Shown here piece by piece: positions 9,027-18,295 of a stretch of DNA of 47,450 bases (position 1 is the first letter of the stretch; the number at the start of each line of letters is the position of its first letter). The notes below the pieces were generated by a model. It ran no database searches. It was not told the DNA's origin and saw only the letters and a program-made list of their open reading frames with translations. The position numbers and the translations under genes were made by a program. This stretch comes from Cytophagales bacterium (lineage in GTDB: Bacteria; Bacteroidota; Bacteroidia; Cytophagales; UBA9547): positions 1 to 47,450 of the forward strand of contig JBJXGB010000133.1 of NCBI GenBank assembly GCA_046152935.1. Reading direction: 5' to 3'.

Positions 9027-9111
9027 CTCAAAAAACAAATGGCTCTGGCGAAAAACACAAAATAAATACCAACAGCATTACCCAACCCAAAACTTTTCTA
9101 CCGAGGCTCAA
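9027..9111. repeat. 85-bp direct repeat copy B (true 3' end of the M50 gene)
   Basis: 83/85 identical to 8082-8166. Confidence 0.9.
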
Positions 9112-10161
9112 TGGCTCATCTGAAGTAGCCGTAGGATGGTAAATACCCAAAAATCTGCCTAAAACCAGTCCAAAAAGCATCCAGCCATTGTATCCATGAA
9201 TATTTGGGAAGAAATAACTTACTGTGAATTGCCCAACCAAGATGCCCATTGCGATCAATAAAGCATTTTGAAAACTGCCGCCCACTTTGGCAAAAGCAAA
9301 ATATAGGAAAAGCACATATAGCAATACATTGGTATCTAACAAATCTTGCACTTTGGTAGGGGTTACGATTCCAAGACCTGCATAAAATATAAAGCCAATA
9401 AAAAGAGCAAGCGACACTATTTTATGTGCTGGATTGCCAATTAAGCCATATAAAATATGCCCGCCATCAAGCTGACCAATAGGCAACAGGTTTAAAGCTG
9501 TAAAAAAACAAGCCAAATAGCCAGCAAAAAGGAAAGGATAGTGCATCATTTCATATTGGTTTGGTACAAGTTTTGGGTCGCCTACGTAATTCTCGAAAAA
9601 TAAGAAAAGTAAATTCTTTCCAATGTAAAATTGCCCTTCCATGCCTTGATACACATATTGTGCATACTCGAGGCCGTATTTCTGATACTCTGGGTGAATT
9701 GTAAGAACATATTCTGCAGGAGGAAGATGCGTAAAGCCATAAAAAAGCACTATTAAGGCCAAAATAAAGCCAGCTAACGGACCTGCCAAGCCAATATCGA
9801 AATATTCTTTGCGAGAGTTGATGGCTTGCTTAATGCGAATAAAAGCTCCCAAAGTGCCAATAGTAGAGCCAAAGCCAAACCACATAGGAATGTAGTATGG
9901 TAGCGTAACATCAACTTTGTAATATTTGGCAGTGAAATAATGTCCCAATTCGTGTACGGTAAGAATGCCAATAAAAGCAGTCGAAAACTTTAAGCCTTCT
10001 ATTACCATATCTGGAGCAATCCAATCGGGCCAACCCAAGCCTTGTGCATTCATAAAAAAAACCTTCCCGTATATCCATTCTATACCAGATAAAGTGGTGG
10101 TAATGAGCGTGATAACAAATAAAAAGATTTGTAAAGCTAGTATTCTTTGCTCTTTGGTCAT
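9028..10161 (-). CDS. site-2 protease family (peptidase M50) membrane metalloprotease
   Basis: HELGH zinc motif, GPLAG, NLLPIGQLDGGH; multiple TM segments. Confidence 0.92.
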   Translation of the reverse strand: MTKEQRILALQIFLFVITLITTTLSGIEWIYGKVFFMNAQGLGWPDWIAPDMVIEGLKFSTAFIGILTVHELGHYFTAKYYKVDVTLPYYIPMWFGFGSTIGTLGAFIRIKQAINSRKEYFDIGLAGPLAGFILALIVLFYGFTHLPPAEYVLTIHPEYQKYGLEYAQYVYQGMEGQFYIGKNLLFLFFENYVGDPKLVPNQYEMMHYPFLFAGYLACFFTALNLLPIGQLDGGHILYGLIGNPAHKIVSLALFIGFIFYAGLGIVTPTKVQDLLDTNVLLYVLFLYFAFAKVGGSFQNALLIAMGILVGQFTVSYFFPNIHGYNGWMLFGLVLGRFLGIYHPTATSDEPLSLGRKVLGWVMLLVFILCFSPEPFVF

Positions 10162-10790
10162 TATGCTTGGGCTAATAATTCTGTAATGGAACGGTTGGGC
10201 GTAACGTGTATGGTGTTGATGCCAACAGAAGCGGCAGAAATGATATTTTGTTCATTATCATCTAAAAATAAACATTCTGTGGCGATTAATGAGCTGTCAT
10301 TAAGCACAAATTCATATATTTTTGGGTCTGGTTTTCGCAGTTTTACTTGGTGGGAAAGGTATACTCTTTCAAAAAGCGAATCCAAACCCCCTACCACTTG
10401 ATTTTCATTTCTTAATTTTTCATTTACCATATCAATATGCGTCTGATTGGTATTTGAAAGCAAAAATAGCCTGTATTTGGCAGATAAAAGTTTTAGAAGC
10501 TCAATTCTTTCTTGCGGAATATCGAGCAATAGTGTGTTCCAAGCTTTTACAAAATCAGTTTCATCTATTTGATTTTTAAAATACGAATTCAAGTGCTGGA
10601 TCAATATTTCATCAGATACATTTCCTTTTTCGTGTTCTTCCCAAAGCGATTTCTCTTGAAGAAATGTGTGTATTTCTTCTATCGGCACCTGAAAATGTTT
10701 TGCAAAAGCCAAAATGGTCGATTCTATGTCAATATTAATAATGACTGCACCGAGATCGAAAATGATGTTTCTAATTTTATTAAATTCCAC
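10161..10790 (-). CDS. HAD-family phosphatase (YihX-like)
   Basis: IIFDLGAV, LLSNTN, RKPDP and FLDD motifs. Confidence 0.9.
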   Translation of the reverse strand: MEFNKIRNIIFDLGAVIINIDIESTILAFAKHFQVPIEEIHTFLQEKSLWEEHEKGNVSDEILIQHLNSYFKNQIDETDFVKAWNTLLLDIPQERIELLKLLSAKYRLFLLSNTNQTHIDMVNEKLRNENQVVGGLDSLFERVYLSHQVKLRKPDPKIYEFVLNDSSLIATECLFLDDNEQNIISAASVGINTIHVTPNRSITELLAQA

Positions 10791-10848
10791 AATCTAAGTT
10801 TTTAAAAGGTTTGCATTAGTCAATTTAAGTACCAAACGATAGCAATAC

Positions 10849-10886
10849 AAAAGAGCCTCGTAGAGTTTTATTGCTCCACAAGGCTC
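10849..10886 (-). terminator. probable intrinsic terminator after secDF
   Basis: Minus strand GAGCCTTGTGGAG...CTCTACGAGGCTC imperfect stem followed by TTTT. Confidence 0.55.
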
Positions 10887-10911
10887 CAATTTAATTCAAA
10901 ACCAACGAGCG

Positions 10912-13900
10912 TTATACTTTCACCACTTCTTCTTTTTTCTTTTTTGATCCCAAGAATGCAAAATCGAGTACGATTGGCGATGCAATAAAGATAGACGAAT
11001 AGGTACCGAAAGTTACACCCACCAACATTACAAAAGAAAAGCCTCGCAATACTTCGCCACCATATACATACAGCACTGCTACTACCAAGAAAACTGTCAT
11101 CGCGGTGATTACCGTACGACTAAAGGTATTGTTGATCGCTAAATTGATGGTTGTAGCCATGTCTGCTTTTGGATTTTCATTTAAAAATTCACGCAAACGG
11201 TCAAAAACCACCACCGTATCATTGATAGAATATCCAATCAAAGTAAGGATGGCAGCAATGTAAATTTGGTCGATTTCAATATTTACACCGCACAAAGTCA
11301 TAACTCCAGTAAGGGCAAGCGACATCAACACATCATGTAAAAGTGCCACAATAGCTCCTAAACTGTATGACAGCCTGCGGAAACGGATAAATATATAGAG
11401 AAACACACCTAATAAAGACAAGCCCATCGAAAGTATAGACGTTTGTTTGATATCATCGGCAATGGTAGCACCAATTTTAGAACTGCTCAATATTTCTGGT
11501 TTTTGGGCTTGAAAAGCTATCAAACCATTGTTGAGCGTCTCCAACACTGTTTTATCTCCCTCTTCTGATTCATCATCTGAAAGATAACTTGTGGTGATTT
11601 TAAGTTTATTATTTGAACCGTAGGTTTTCACTTCTGTACCTGCACCTTTAAAGTCATCAACCAATTGCTCGCGGACTGCCGAAGCATCCATTGCATCAGT
11701 AAAACTTACTACATACGAACGCCCACCTTTGAAGTCGACCCCTAAATTCAAGCCACCTTGAATAAAAATACAAGTGAAACCAATGGCAATCACAACAGCG
11801 GAAAACATATAAGAGTATTTTCTATTTCCCACTACATTCACATTCATATCTCGCAAAACATTGGCTGTAAGCGGAATAGAGAAGGAAATTGCATTTGCGA
11901 ATGACGATTTTGCCCACCACTCCATCAAAATACGTGTCAAGAAAACAGAGGTAAAAAACGAGGTAGCAATACCAATCATCAAAGTAACGGCAAAGCCTTG
12001 CACGGGGCCAGAACCATAAATAGCAAGCACCACACCTACAATAAAGGTAGTGACGTTACCATCGACAATCGAGCTATTTGCCTTGCTATACCCAATGCTG
12101 ATGGCTTGCTGCAACGTTCGTCCCGCTCGCAGCTCTTCACGAATACGCTCGTAAATAAGTACGTTGGCATCGACTGCCATACCCAATGTCAATACAATAC
12201 CTGCAATACCTGGCAATGTCAGTACAGCCTGCATTTGTGCCATTATTCCCACCAAGAAAAATAAATTGACAAACAGTGCCAAATCGGCCACTACACCACC
12301 TGTGCTGTAATAAAAAACCATAAACACGATAACGGCAATAAGGCCAATCATGGTAGATAAATAGCCTTGGCTGATAGATTCTGCACCTAAAGATGGGCCT
12401 ACAATCGCCTCTTCAACAATACGGGTTGGAGCTGGAAGCTTACCAGCTTTCAAAATATTGGCTAAATCTTTTGCCTCTTCAATATCGAAATTGCCCGAAA
12501 TAGATGAACTACCGTTTGGAATTTCACCTTGTACCACTGGAGCAGAATACACATAATTGTCGAGCACAATTGCTATTCTGCGACCAATGCTAGATCCAGT
12601 AATTTTTCTCCATTTTTTCGCTCCAGACGCACTCATTTGCATATTTACTTCTGGTGTGCCATCTTGGCCAAAATCTTGGCGCGCATCTACAATTGCATCA
12701 CCATCTAAAGCAGCTTTTTCGCCACGGCCTTTTTTGATGAAATAAAGCGGCAAATATTCATTGCCATCTTCTGCCTTTATGCCTTTGGCTGCCCAAACGA
12801 TCCGCATATTTGAAGGCATAATACGTTGAATTTCAGGCAGATTGAATAATTTATTTACCTTACCAGTATCTACCACATTGGCACCTAAGCCACCATAAAT
12901 TGGCACAAATAGTTTTGAAACTGTCTTAGACTGAGTTTTTGAAGATGAATCGGCAGTAGCTACTTCTTTTGAAGACTTTGAAGAAATAAGACCAATAGAA
13001 TCGCCACCAGCAGCATTTTTGGGTGTAGAACCTGCAAATAATTCAGTTGAGGCATCTTTTGTGGTGTCTGTTGTTGTGCTTACTAAATTATCTGTGTTTG
13101 CAATGGTTGCATTGGTGTCTAAATTTGATTTGAAAACATCAAAGTTTTTGTCTTTCTTCTCGAGTTTGATGAGGTATTTATTCATCGACTCGAAATAGGG
13201 GCCAAATTTATCGCCTTCTATCACCTCGACAAACTCCAATTTGGCAGTTCCTTGCAACAATTTTCTAACCCTTTCTGGATTATCAACACCAGGCAATTCC
13301 AATTGTATTCTGCCTGTGCCTTTCAAACGTTGAATATTTGGTTGGTTTACCCCAAATTTGTCAATTCTTGTTCTTAATATTTGAAAAGAACGATCGATTG
13401 ACCCTTCAATTTCAGCGTCTAATACAGCCAAAACCTCCGCATCTGTCGAGTTTGGTGTTATTTTCGTCCTATTTGTTGTATTTCCAAATATTTGAGAAAA
13501 TTTAATATCAGGATTCAATTCTTTGTACGAAGACAAAAATAGTGAAGTAAATTTTTGGTTACTAGTGGCCGATTTTTGCACAGCCGTTTGCAGTGCTTTG
13601 TCGAAATTGGGGTCAGCAGAATTGCCCGCCATTCCGCGTACTATTTCTACGGGCGATACTTCCATTACCACGTGCATGCCGCCTTGCAAATCGAGACCCA
13701 AGTGCAATTCCTGCTCTTTTATCTGCTTGTAAGTCCAAGAAATGCCTAGAAACTCAAAAGCTGGTTTTGTCCAGAGCGAATCTAAATAGGCTTGTCTTTT
13801 TGCGTAGTTGATTTTGCCAGATTCATCTGTGGCATACGCTTCCGAATCTGCTTTTATGCCATTAGATATGAAGGTGTAGGATAAAAAATATCCACATATA

Positions 13901-13947
13901 ATAGTCAGAACCGCTGTTACGATTAAGACACCGAGTTTGTTTTTCAT
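10912..13947 (-). CDS. secDF: protein translocase subunit SecDF (fused)
   Basis: LGLDLQGG, RIDKFGVNQPNIQ, VDANVLIYERIRE, LGVDFKGG and GYSINDTVVVFDRLRE motifs. Confidence 0.97.
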   Translation of the reverse strand: MKNKLGVLIVTAVLTIICGYFLSYTFISNGIKADSEAYATDESGKINYAKRQAYLDSLWTKPAFEFLGISWTYKQIKEQELHLGLDLQGGMHVVMEVSPVEIVRGMAGNSADPNFDKALQTAVQKSATSNQKFTSLFLSSYKELNPDIKFSQIFGNTTNRTKITPNSTDAEVLAVLDAEIEGSIDRSFQILRTRIDKFGVNQPNIQRLKGTGRIQLELPGVDNPERVRKLLQGTAKLEFVEVIEGDKFGPYFESMNKYLIKLEKKDKNFDVFKSNLDTNATIANTDNLVSTTTDTTKDASTELFAGSTPKNAAGGDSIGLISSKSSKEVATADSSSKTQSKTVSKLFVPIYGGLGANVVDTGKVNKLFNLPEIQRIMPSNMRIVWAAKGIKAEDGNEYLPLYFIKKGRGEKAALDGDAIVDARQDFGQDGTPEVNMQMSASGAKKWRKITGSSIGRRIAIVLDNYVYSAPVVQGEIPNGSSSISGNFDIEEAKDLANILKAGKLPAPTRIVEEAIVGPSLGAESISQGYLSTMIGLIAVIVFMVFYYSTGGVVADLALFVNLFFLVGIMAQMQAVLTLPGIAGIVLTLGMAVDANVLIYERIREELRAGRTLQQAISIGYSKANSSIVDGNVTTFIVGVVLAIYGSGPVQGFAVTLMIGIATSFFTSVFLTRILMEWWAKSSFANAISFSIPLTANVLRDMNVNVVGNRKYSYMFSAVVIAIGFTCIFIQGGLNLGVDFKGGRSYVVSFTDAMDASAVREQLVDDFKGAGTEVKTYGSNNKLKITTSYLSDDESEEGDKTVLETLNNGLIAFQAQKPEILSSSKIGATIADDIKQTSILSMGLSLLGVFLYIFIRFRRLSYSLGAIVALLHDVLMSLALTGVMTLCGVNIEIDQIYIAAILTLIGYSINDTVVVFDRLREFLNENPKADMATTINLAINNTFSRTVITAMTVFLVVAVLYVYGGEVLRGFSFVMLVGVTFGTYSSIFIASPIVLDFAFLGSKKKKEEVVKV

Positions 13948-14019
13948 TTTGATCTTGAGATAGTTGAAAATTGATAAATTGAATGTGCTAATTAAAAAAT
14001 ACTGCTCTGCGAGCGAATG

Positions 14020-14355
14020 TTAAGGGGCATTTGCCCGTGAAATTCTGCTAAAAAGTATCGTTTTAAAAGTATTTGGAAACTCTGGAAAAAAATATTGTGC
14101 AACAATCCCATGAGCTAAATTGAACTCAAAACTAAAAAGTATGATCGAAAAACGGTGAATACTATTTTGAAAAATGGAGGTAGTAGCTTCAAAAGAGACA
14201 GATTCTACGATTGTTTCCTCTTGCTGGCTTGCGCAATTTTCTGTCGCTGCCTTTTTACTTTTCTTTGCAAGACCTTGATTATTAGCCGAATACCCTGCCA
14301 AAAGAAGCGCAAAAGCAATTAAAAAAATGAGTAATTTGTAAAAAACTGACTTCAA
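14020..14355 (-). CDS. secDF upstream ORF with signal/TM segment ending ...SRANAP-stop; candidate translation-arrest peptide. Start uncertain: TTG 14355 preferred, frame open to 14469
   Basis: Hydrophobic LLIFLIAFALLLAGYSA segment; C-terminal N-A-P-stop; ends 72 nt before the secDF ATG on the same strand. Confidence 0.65.
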   Translation of the reverse strand: MKSVFYKLLIFLIAFALLLAGYSANNQGLAKKSKKAATENCASQQEETIVESVSFEATTSIFQNSIHRFSIILFSFEFNLAHGIVAQYFFPEFPNTFKTILFSRISRANAP

Positions 14356-14669
14356 CGTAATAGAAATAGGCTGCGAATATAGATGCGAAGTTTTGAATAA
14401 CCAATAATCGATCTTATTCATTTGGGCTTTTAGGTAAATTGATATGATTTCCTGCTCGTATTTTGCCAATAATTTTACATTTCAATTTACTTGCTATAAA
14501 TAGAATCTCATAGATCGAACATAGATTTGTTTTGATCGACAAATACCCTTGTTTGGGCAGAATTAAAACCCAAATACATCGAAATACAACCATTTATGGC
14601 ATTACATAGCACTTGAAAAATCGTATCTATTTAAAAATTAACACTTTTTTAAATTTTATTTCCACTGTA

Positions 14670-15635
14670 ATGAACGAAGAAAAAGAAATATGGAAAGAGA
14701 CGAATATTGATACCAATTTTGGTTTTACGATATTCATATCGAACCTAGGAAATGCCAAAAGAGTGCTAATTAAAACCGGTGAAGAAAAGCCGATTGTGCT
14801 AAAATTTAACCAAAGTACCAATAGAATTGATCTCAATAAAATGCTAAAAGGCGACAATGGAATTCAAAAGCGAATTGCTTACAAACAATCGCTCCATAAG
14901 TTGGTGGCCCATTTATTTATTCCAAATCCTTTTCCTGAAACACTTACTGAGGTAGTTCACTTAGATAGAAATGTGGCCAATAATCACTGCAAAAACCTAA
15001 AATGGGTCAATAAAAATGAGTTTAGAGTGCACCATTCAAATTATTTGAAGGGAAAAGCTGCTGAAAAATTGATTTTTTTTGCTTCTGAACGATTTAAAGA
15101 TTTTCACTTTGATACGCTACGAAAAAGAATATACGCGGTGTCGAATTTTGGAAGAATTGTCATTTATAAAGAGGATATTGAAGATGGGTATTTGTTGAAA
15201 TTTAATCAGAAAGAGGTGATCCGTACGCCTTACATTATTTTGCGACCTAACGACCCTTCGATGGAACGCAAGGTAATTTACGTGCATCAATTGGTGGCTG
15301 CTTATTTTTTACCTACAAAAAAACAAGACCAAATCTGCGTAGTTCATCTCGATCACAACCACGAGAACAACCATTATTCAAATTTAAAATGGACTACCTT
15401 TGATGAAAAATACGCACATTCTCGCCAAAGCCCGAGAGTGAGAGCTGTGCAGGGCGATTTGATGCAACAGGGCACTAAATTGAGCAAAACGCAAGTAATT
15501 CACATAAAAAGGCTGATTGCGAAAGGCAAGATGCGAAACAAAATGATCGCCAAACAATTTGGCATTTCAGAAATGTCGATCTACCGAATAAAAAGAGGCG
15601 AGGCTTGGGCACATGTGAAATTGGAAAATGAATAA
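14670..15635 (+). CDS. protein with two tandem NUMOD4 + HNH-type modules and a C-terminal HTH (ATG 14670 preferred over TTG 14613)
   Basis: EIWKE..ISNLG / ERFKD..VSNFGR; LHKLVAHLF..VVHLD..NN..NLKW / VHQLVAAYF..VVHLD..NN..NLKW; IAKQFGISEMSIYRIKRGEAWAHV. Confidence 0.8.
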   Translation: MNEEKEIWKETNIDTNFGFTIFISNLGNAKRVLIKTGEEKPIVLKFNQSTNRIDLNKMLKGDNGIQKRIAYKQSLHKLVAHLFIPNPFPETLTEVVHLDRNVANNHCKNLKWVNKNEFRVHHSNYLKGKAAEKLIFFASERFKDFHFDTLRKRIYAVSNFGRIVIYKEDIEDGYLLKFNQKEVIRTPYIILRPNDPSMERKVIYVHQLVAAYFLPTKKQDQICVVHLDHNHENNHYSNLKWTTFDEKYAHSRQSPRVRAVQGDLMQQGTKLSKTQVIHIKRLIAKGKMRNKMIAKQFGISEMSIYRIKRGEAWAHVKLENE

Positions 15636-15721
15636 AATAACCACACTTTAAAATACATGCCAATTTGACAAATGCAACTTACCAAATAAAAATACAAAAA
15701 TTAGAATAGCCATTTTTGCCT

Positions 15722-15729
15722 TATTTTTG
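15722..15729 (+). promoter_or_regulatory. -7 promoter element (TATTTTTG) upstream of the deacetylase
   Basis: TAnnTTTG match about 30 nt before the ATG. Confidence 0.4.
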
Positions 15730-15758
15730 TTGAAATTGGAATCAAAAGCCGCTATGCT

Positions 15759-16790
15759 ATGAAAATGAGAAGTATTGCACGAAGTATGATGCAATTTAAC
15801 TCGCAGCTATTCTCACAAGATTTTTTACTTAACATTTCAAATCAAAAAATAGTATTGCCGTTTTATCATGCAGTTTGCAATGAGCACATACCCCACATTA
15901 GTAACTTGTACCAAGTTAGAAGTGTTGCACTTTTTATTAAAGACTTAGAATTTATTTGCAAGCATTTTAAGCCAATTTCGCTAGCGGAATTAAATGCCAT
16001 TGTAAAAAATAAGGTAAAATTGACCAATCCAGTATTTCATCTATCATTTGACGATGGCCTCAAAGAAATATTTACAGAAATAGCTCCAGTTTTAGAAAGA
16101 AAGGGTGTTCCAGCTACTTTTTTTCTGAATTCCGCGTTTATCGACAATAAGGATTTATTCTTTCGGTATAAGGTGAGCTTGATAATAGAAGCCGTAAAAA
16201 ACACCAAGCAGGCCATAAATTTTGGCACCTTGTCGATCATTTTTGAAAAGCAAATTACCACCAAAACGCAATTGATTCAAGTCCTTTTGGGTCTAAACTA
16301 CAACCAAATTGATAAAATTGGCCCGATTGCTGCTATCTTTGAAGTAGATTTTAAAGCTTATTTACTTGAGCGACAGCCGTATTTGTCTTCGAGCGAAATA
16401 AATATTTTGCTTAGAAAAGGCTTTACAATTGGGGCTCATAGCATCGACCATCCTCATTTTAAAATGCTTACATTAGCGGAACAAAAAAATCAAATATTAG
16501 TAAGCTCCTCATTTTTAGAGCAAAATTTCGAAATTATAGACAAATATTTCTCTTTTCCATTTGATGATGATGAAGTTTCAAACCAGCTATTTGCATGGCT
16601 GTTTGACGATCGCAAGTTCGACTTAACTTTTGGAATTTCTGGCTTGAAAAAAGACTCATTTCACACACATTTGCATCGAATTCCGATGGAAAAGCGACTT
16701 AATTCCGCTTCAAAGATCATAAAATCTGAATATTTGTATTTTTTGCTCAAGCAATTATTTAACAAGAATCAAATAATTAGAAATGATTAA
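15759..16790 (+). CDS. polysaccharide deacetylase (CE4/NodB-like)
   Basis: PFYH, LSFDDG, ATFF, IGAHSIDHP and FSFPF motifs. Confidence 0.85.
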   Translation: MKMRSIARSMMQFNSQLFSQDFLLNISNQKIVLPFYHAVCNEHIPHISNLYQVRSVALFIKDLEFICKHFKPISLAELNAIVKNKVKLTNPVFHLSFDDGLKEIFTEIAPVLERKGVPATFFLNSAFIDNKDLFFRYKVSLIIEAVKNTKQAINFGTLSIIFEKQITTKTQLIQVLLGLNYNQIDKIGPIAAIFEVDFKAYLLERQPYLSSSEINILLRKGFTIGAHSIDHPHFKMLTLAEQKNQILVSSSFLEQNFEIIDKYFSFPFDDDEVSNQLFAWLFDDRKFDLTFGISGLKKDSFHTHLHRIPMEKRLNSASKIIKSEYLYFLLKQLFNKNQIIRND

Positions 16791-17547
16791 GACAGTTTAT
16801 AAATCAATTGTAAAAGAGAAAACTAGGATATCAATAAGAAATTTCGCAAATCGATTGCTCGGCTTTTATTACTTTGGAAACACTTATACTTGCAATTGTT
16901 GTAAAAGAAGTTTTAGAAAATTTCTACCCAAGGGGAACGTGAAGCGACTGAATGCACAATGTCCAAGTTGTGGATCTTTAGAACGCAATAGGCTACTTTT
17001 GTTCTATCTTGAAAACGAAACGTTAATTTTCCAAAAACCGTCCACTCTACTTCATATTGCACCAGAAATGTGCTTGTCAACGATATTCATAAAATCGAGA
17101 ATAACGTATATTGATGGCGATATTAACCCTGCATTGGCTAGAAATGTAGTTGACATTACGCAGATACAATATCCAAATGATTATTTCGATTTCATCATTT
17201 GTTCGCATGTACTGGGTCATATTCCAGATGAAAAGAAGGCCATTCAAGAATTGTATAGGGTGTTAAAAACTGATGGTATTGCATTGATAATGACCTTATT
17301 AGACACTAATAGAGCCCAAACTTTTGAAGATTCATCTGTCACCACCAGCCAAGAAAAATTGCTCCACTATGGGGAATCCGATTTGTGCAGATTACATGGT
17401 TTGGATTTTTTAAAGAGAATTGAACGTGAAGGCTTTAGTGTTGCTAAAATTGATTATCGAATGCTATTAGGCGCTGAAAATTCCAACAAATTTTCCCTGG
17501 GAGACGGACAAAGAGAAATTATTTATAGATGCACGAAGGGAAAATGA
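16783..17547 (+). CDS. class I SAM-dependent methyltransferase with N-terminal Cys motifs
   Basis: CNCC..CPSCGSLERNR; LLHIAPE; FDFIICSHVLGHI..ELYRVLK.DG. Confidence 0.8.
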   Translation: MIKTVYKSIVKEKTRISIRNFANRLLGFYYFGNTYTCNCCKRSFRKFLPKGNVKRLNAQCPSCGSLERNRLLLFYLENETLIFQKPSTLLHIAPEMCLSTIFIKSRITYIDGDINPALARNVVDITQIQYPNDYFDFIICSHVLGHIPDEKKAIQELYRVLKTDGIALIMTLLDTNRAQTFEDSSVTTSQEKLLHYGESDLCRLHGLDFLKRIEREGFSVAKIDYRMLLGAENSNKFSLGDGQREIIYRCTKGK

Positions 17548-17610
17548 GAAGTATAAAGAGAAAATGGTTTGCAAAAGTTGGAAATTTAGTAACATTTCCG
17601 TGTCTTTTCA

Positions 17611-18174
17611 TTAAAAACACTTGTCGTATATGTCCTCTATTTTTATTGTAAATTTATTGTCAAGTGCAGAAATTGATTCATTAAGCTGGTTGTATTCAAA
17701 AAACTCCCAATGGTTGAGTGCTAATTTTTTATAATGCTTTATGAAAGGCTTTTGTTGGGCTACTATTATATATTCTTTGATGCTAGGAATTGATTTATAA
17801 ATTTCAAATTTTTCGATCTGATCGCGTTTTTCAGTCGAGTTTGATAAAACTTCGACAATCATTACTGGATTCAAGAGTGTATCAAATTCAGTGTCGATAA
17901 ATTGAGGCTCGCCTTCAATCACCACAATATCTGGATAGCAATAGCTATCGTTCAACGGGTTGGTGACCCGTAAATCGTTGCTAATTGCTTGAAATTCAAC
18001 ACTATGAGTTTCAAATAAATTTGAAAAAATCACCAATAAATTTCTCACAATTTTAGTATGCTTAAAACTGGCTCCACTCATTTCTATTAATTCATTAAAG
18101 ATCAGTTCGTGTTTGGTATCACTGTTTCTTTCAAAAGTTAAAAAATCGGCTTCTACTAAAGTGTTAGTTACCAT
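17611..18174 (-). CDS. Uma2-family (DUF820) endonuclease; ATG 18174 preferred
   Basis: KHELIF, YPDIVV, NPVMIVEVLS.ST..RD, KFEIY..IPSIKEYII; a -7 element overlaps the TTG at 18198, arguing for the later start. Confidence 0.88.
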   Translation of the reverse strand: MVTNTLVEADFLTFERNSDTKHELIFNELIEMSGASFKHTKIVRNLLVIFSNLFETHSVEFQAISNDLRVTNPLNDSYCYPDIVVIEGEPQFIDTEFDTLLNPVMIVEVLSNSTEKRDQIEKFEIYKSIPSIKEYIIVAQQKPFIKHYKKLALNHWEFFEYNQLNESISALDNKFTIKIEDIYDKCF

Positions 18175-18195
18175 TAAGTTGTGGCTTTTATTAAA

Positions 18196-18203
18196 CAAAG
18201 ATA
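18196..18203 (-). promoter_or_regulatory. -7 promoter element (TATCTTTG) for the Uma2 gene
   Basis: Reverse complement of CAAAGATA matches TAnnTTTG. Confidence 0.45.
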
Positions 18204-18243
18204 ATTTAACTTGATCGCATTGGATTTTATCTGAACCTGTATT

Positions 18244-18284
18244 CTAGCCACCTTTGACCACTGTTTGAAATCAAAAATGGCTAG
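18244..18284. terminator. hairpin after bcp, possible terminator
   Basis: CTAGCCACCTTTGA / TCAAAAATGGCTAG imperfect inverted repeat; weak T tail. Confidence 0.4.
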
Positions 18285-18295
18285 ATTCTATTTTG

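Noticed and set aside
14613-15635. Intron or prophage context for the HNH gene
   Set aside because: Flanking genes are uninterrupted and no phage genes are in the window
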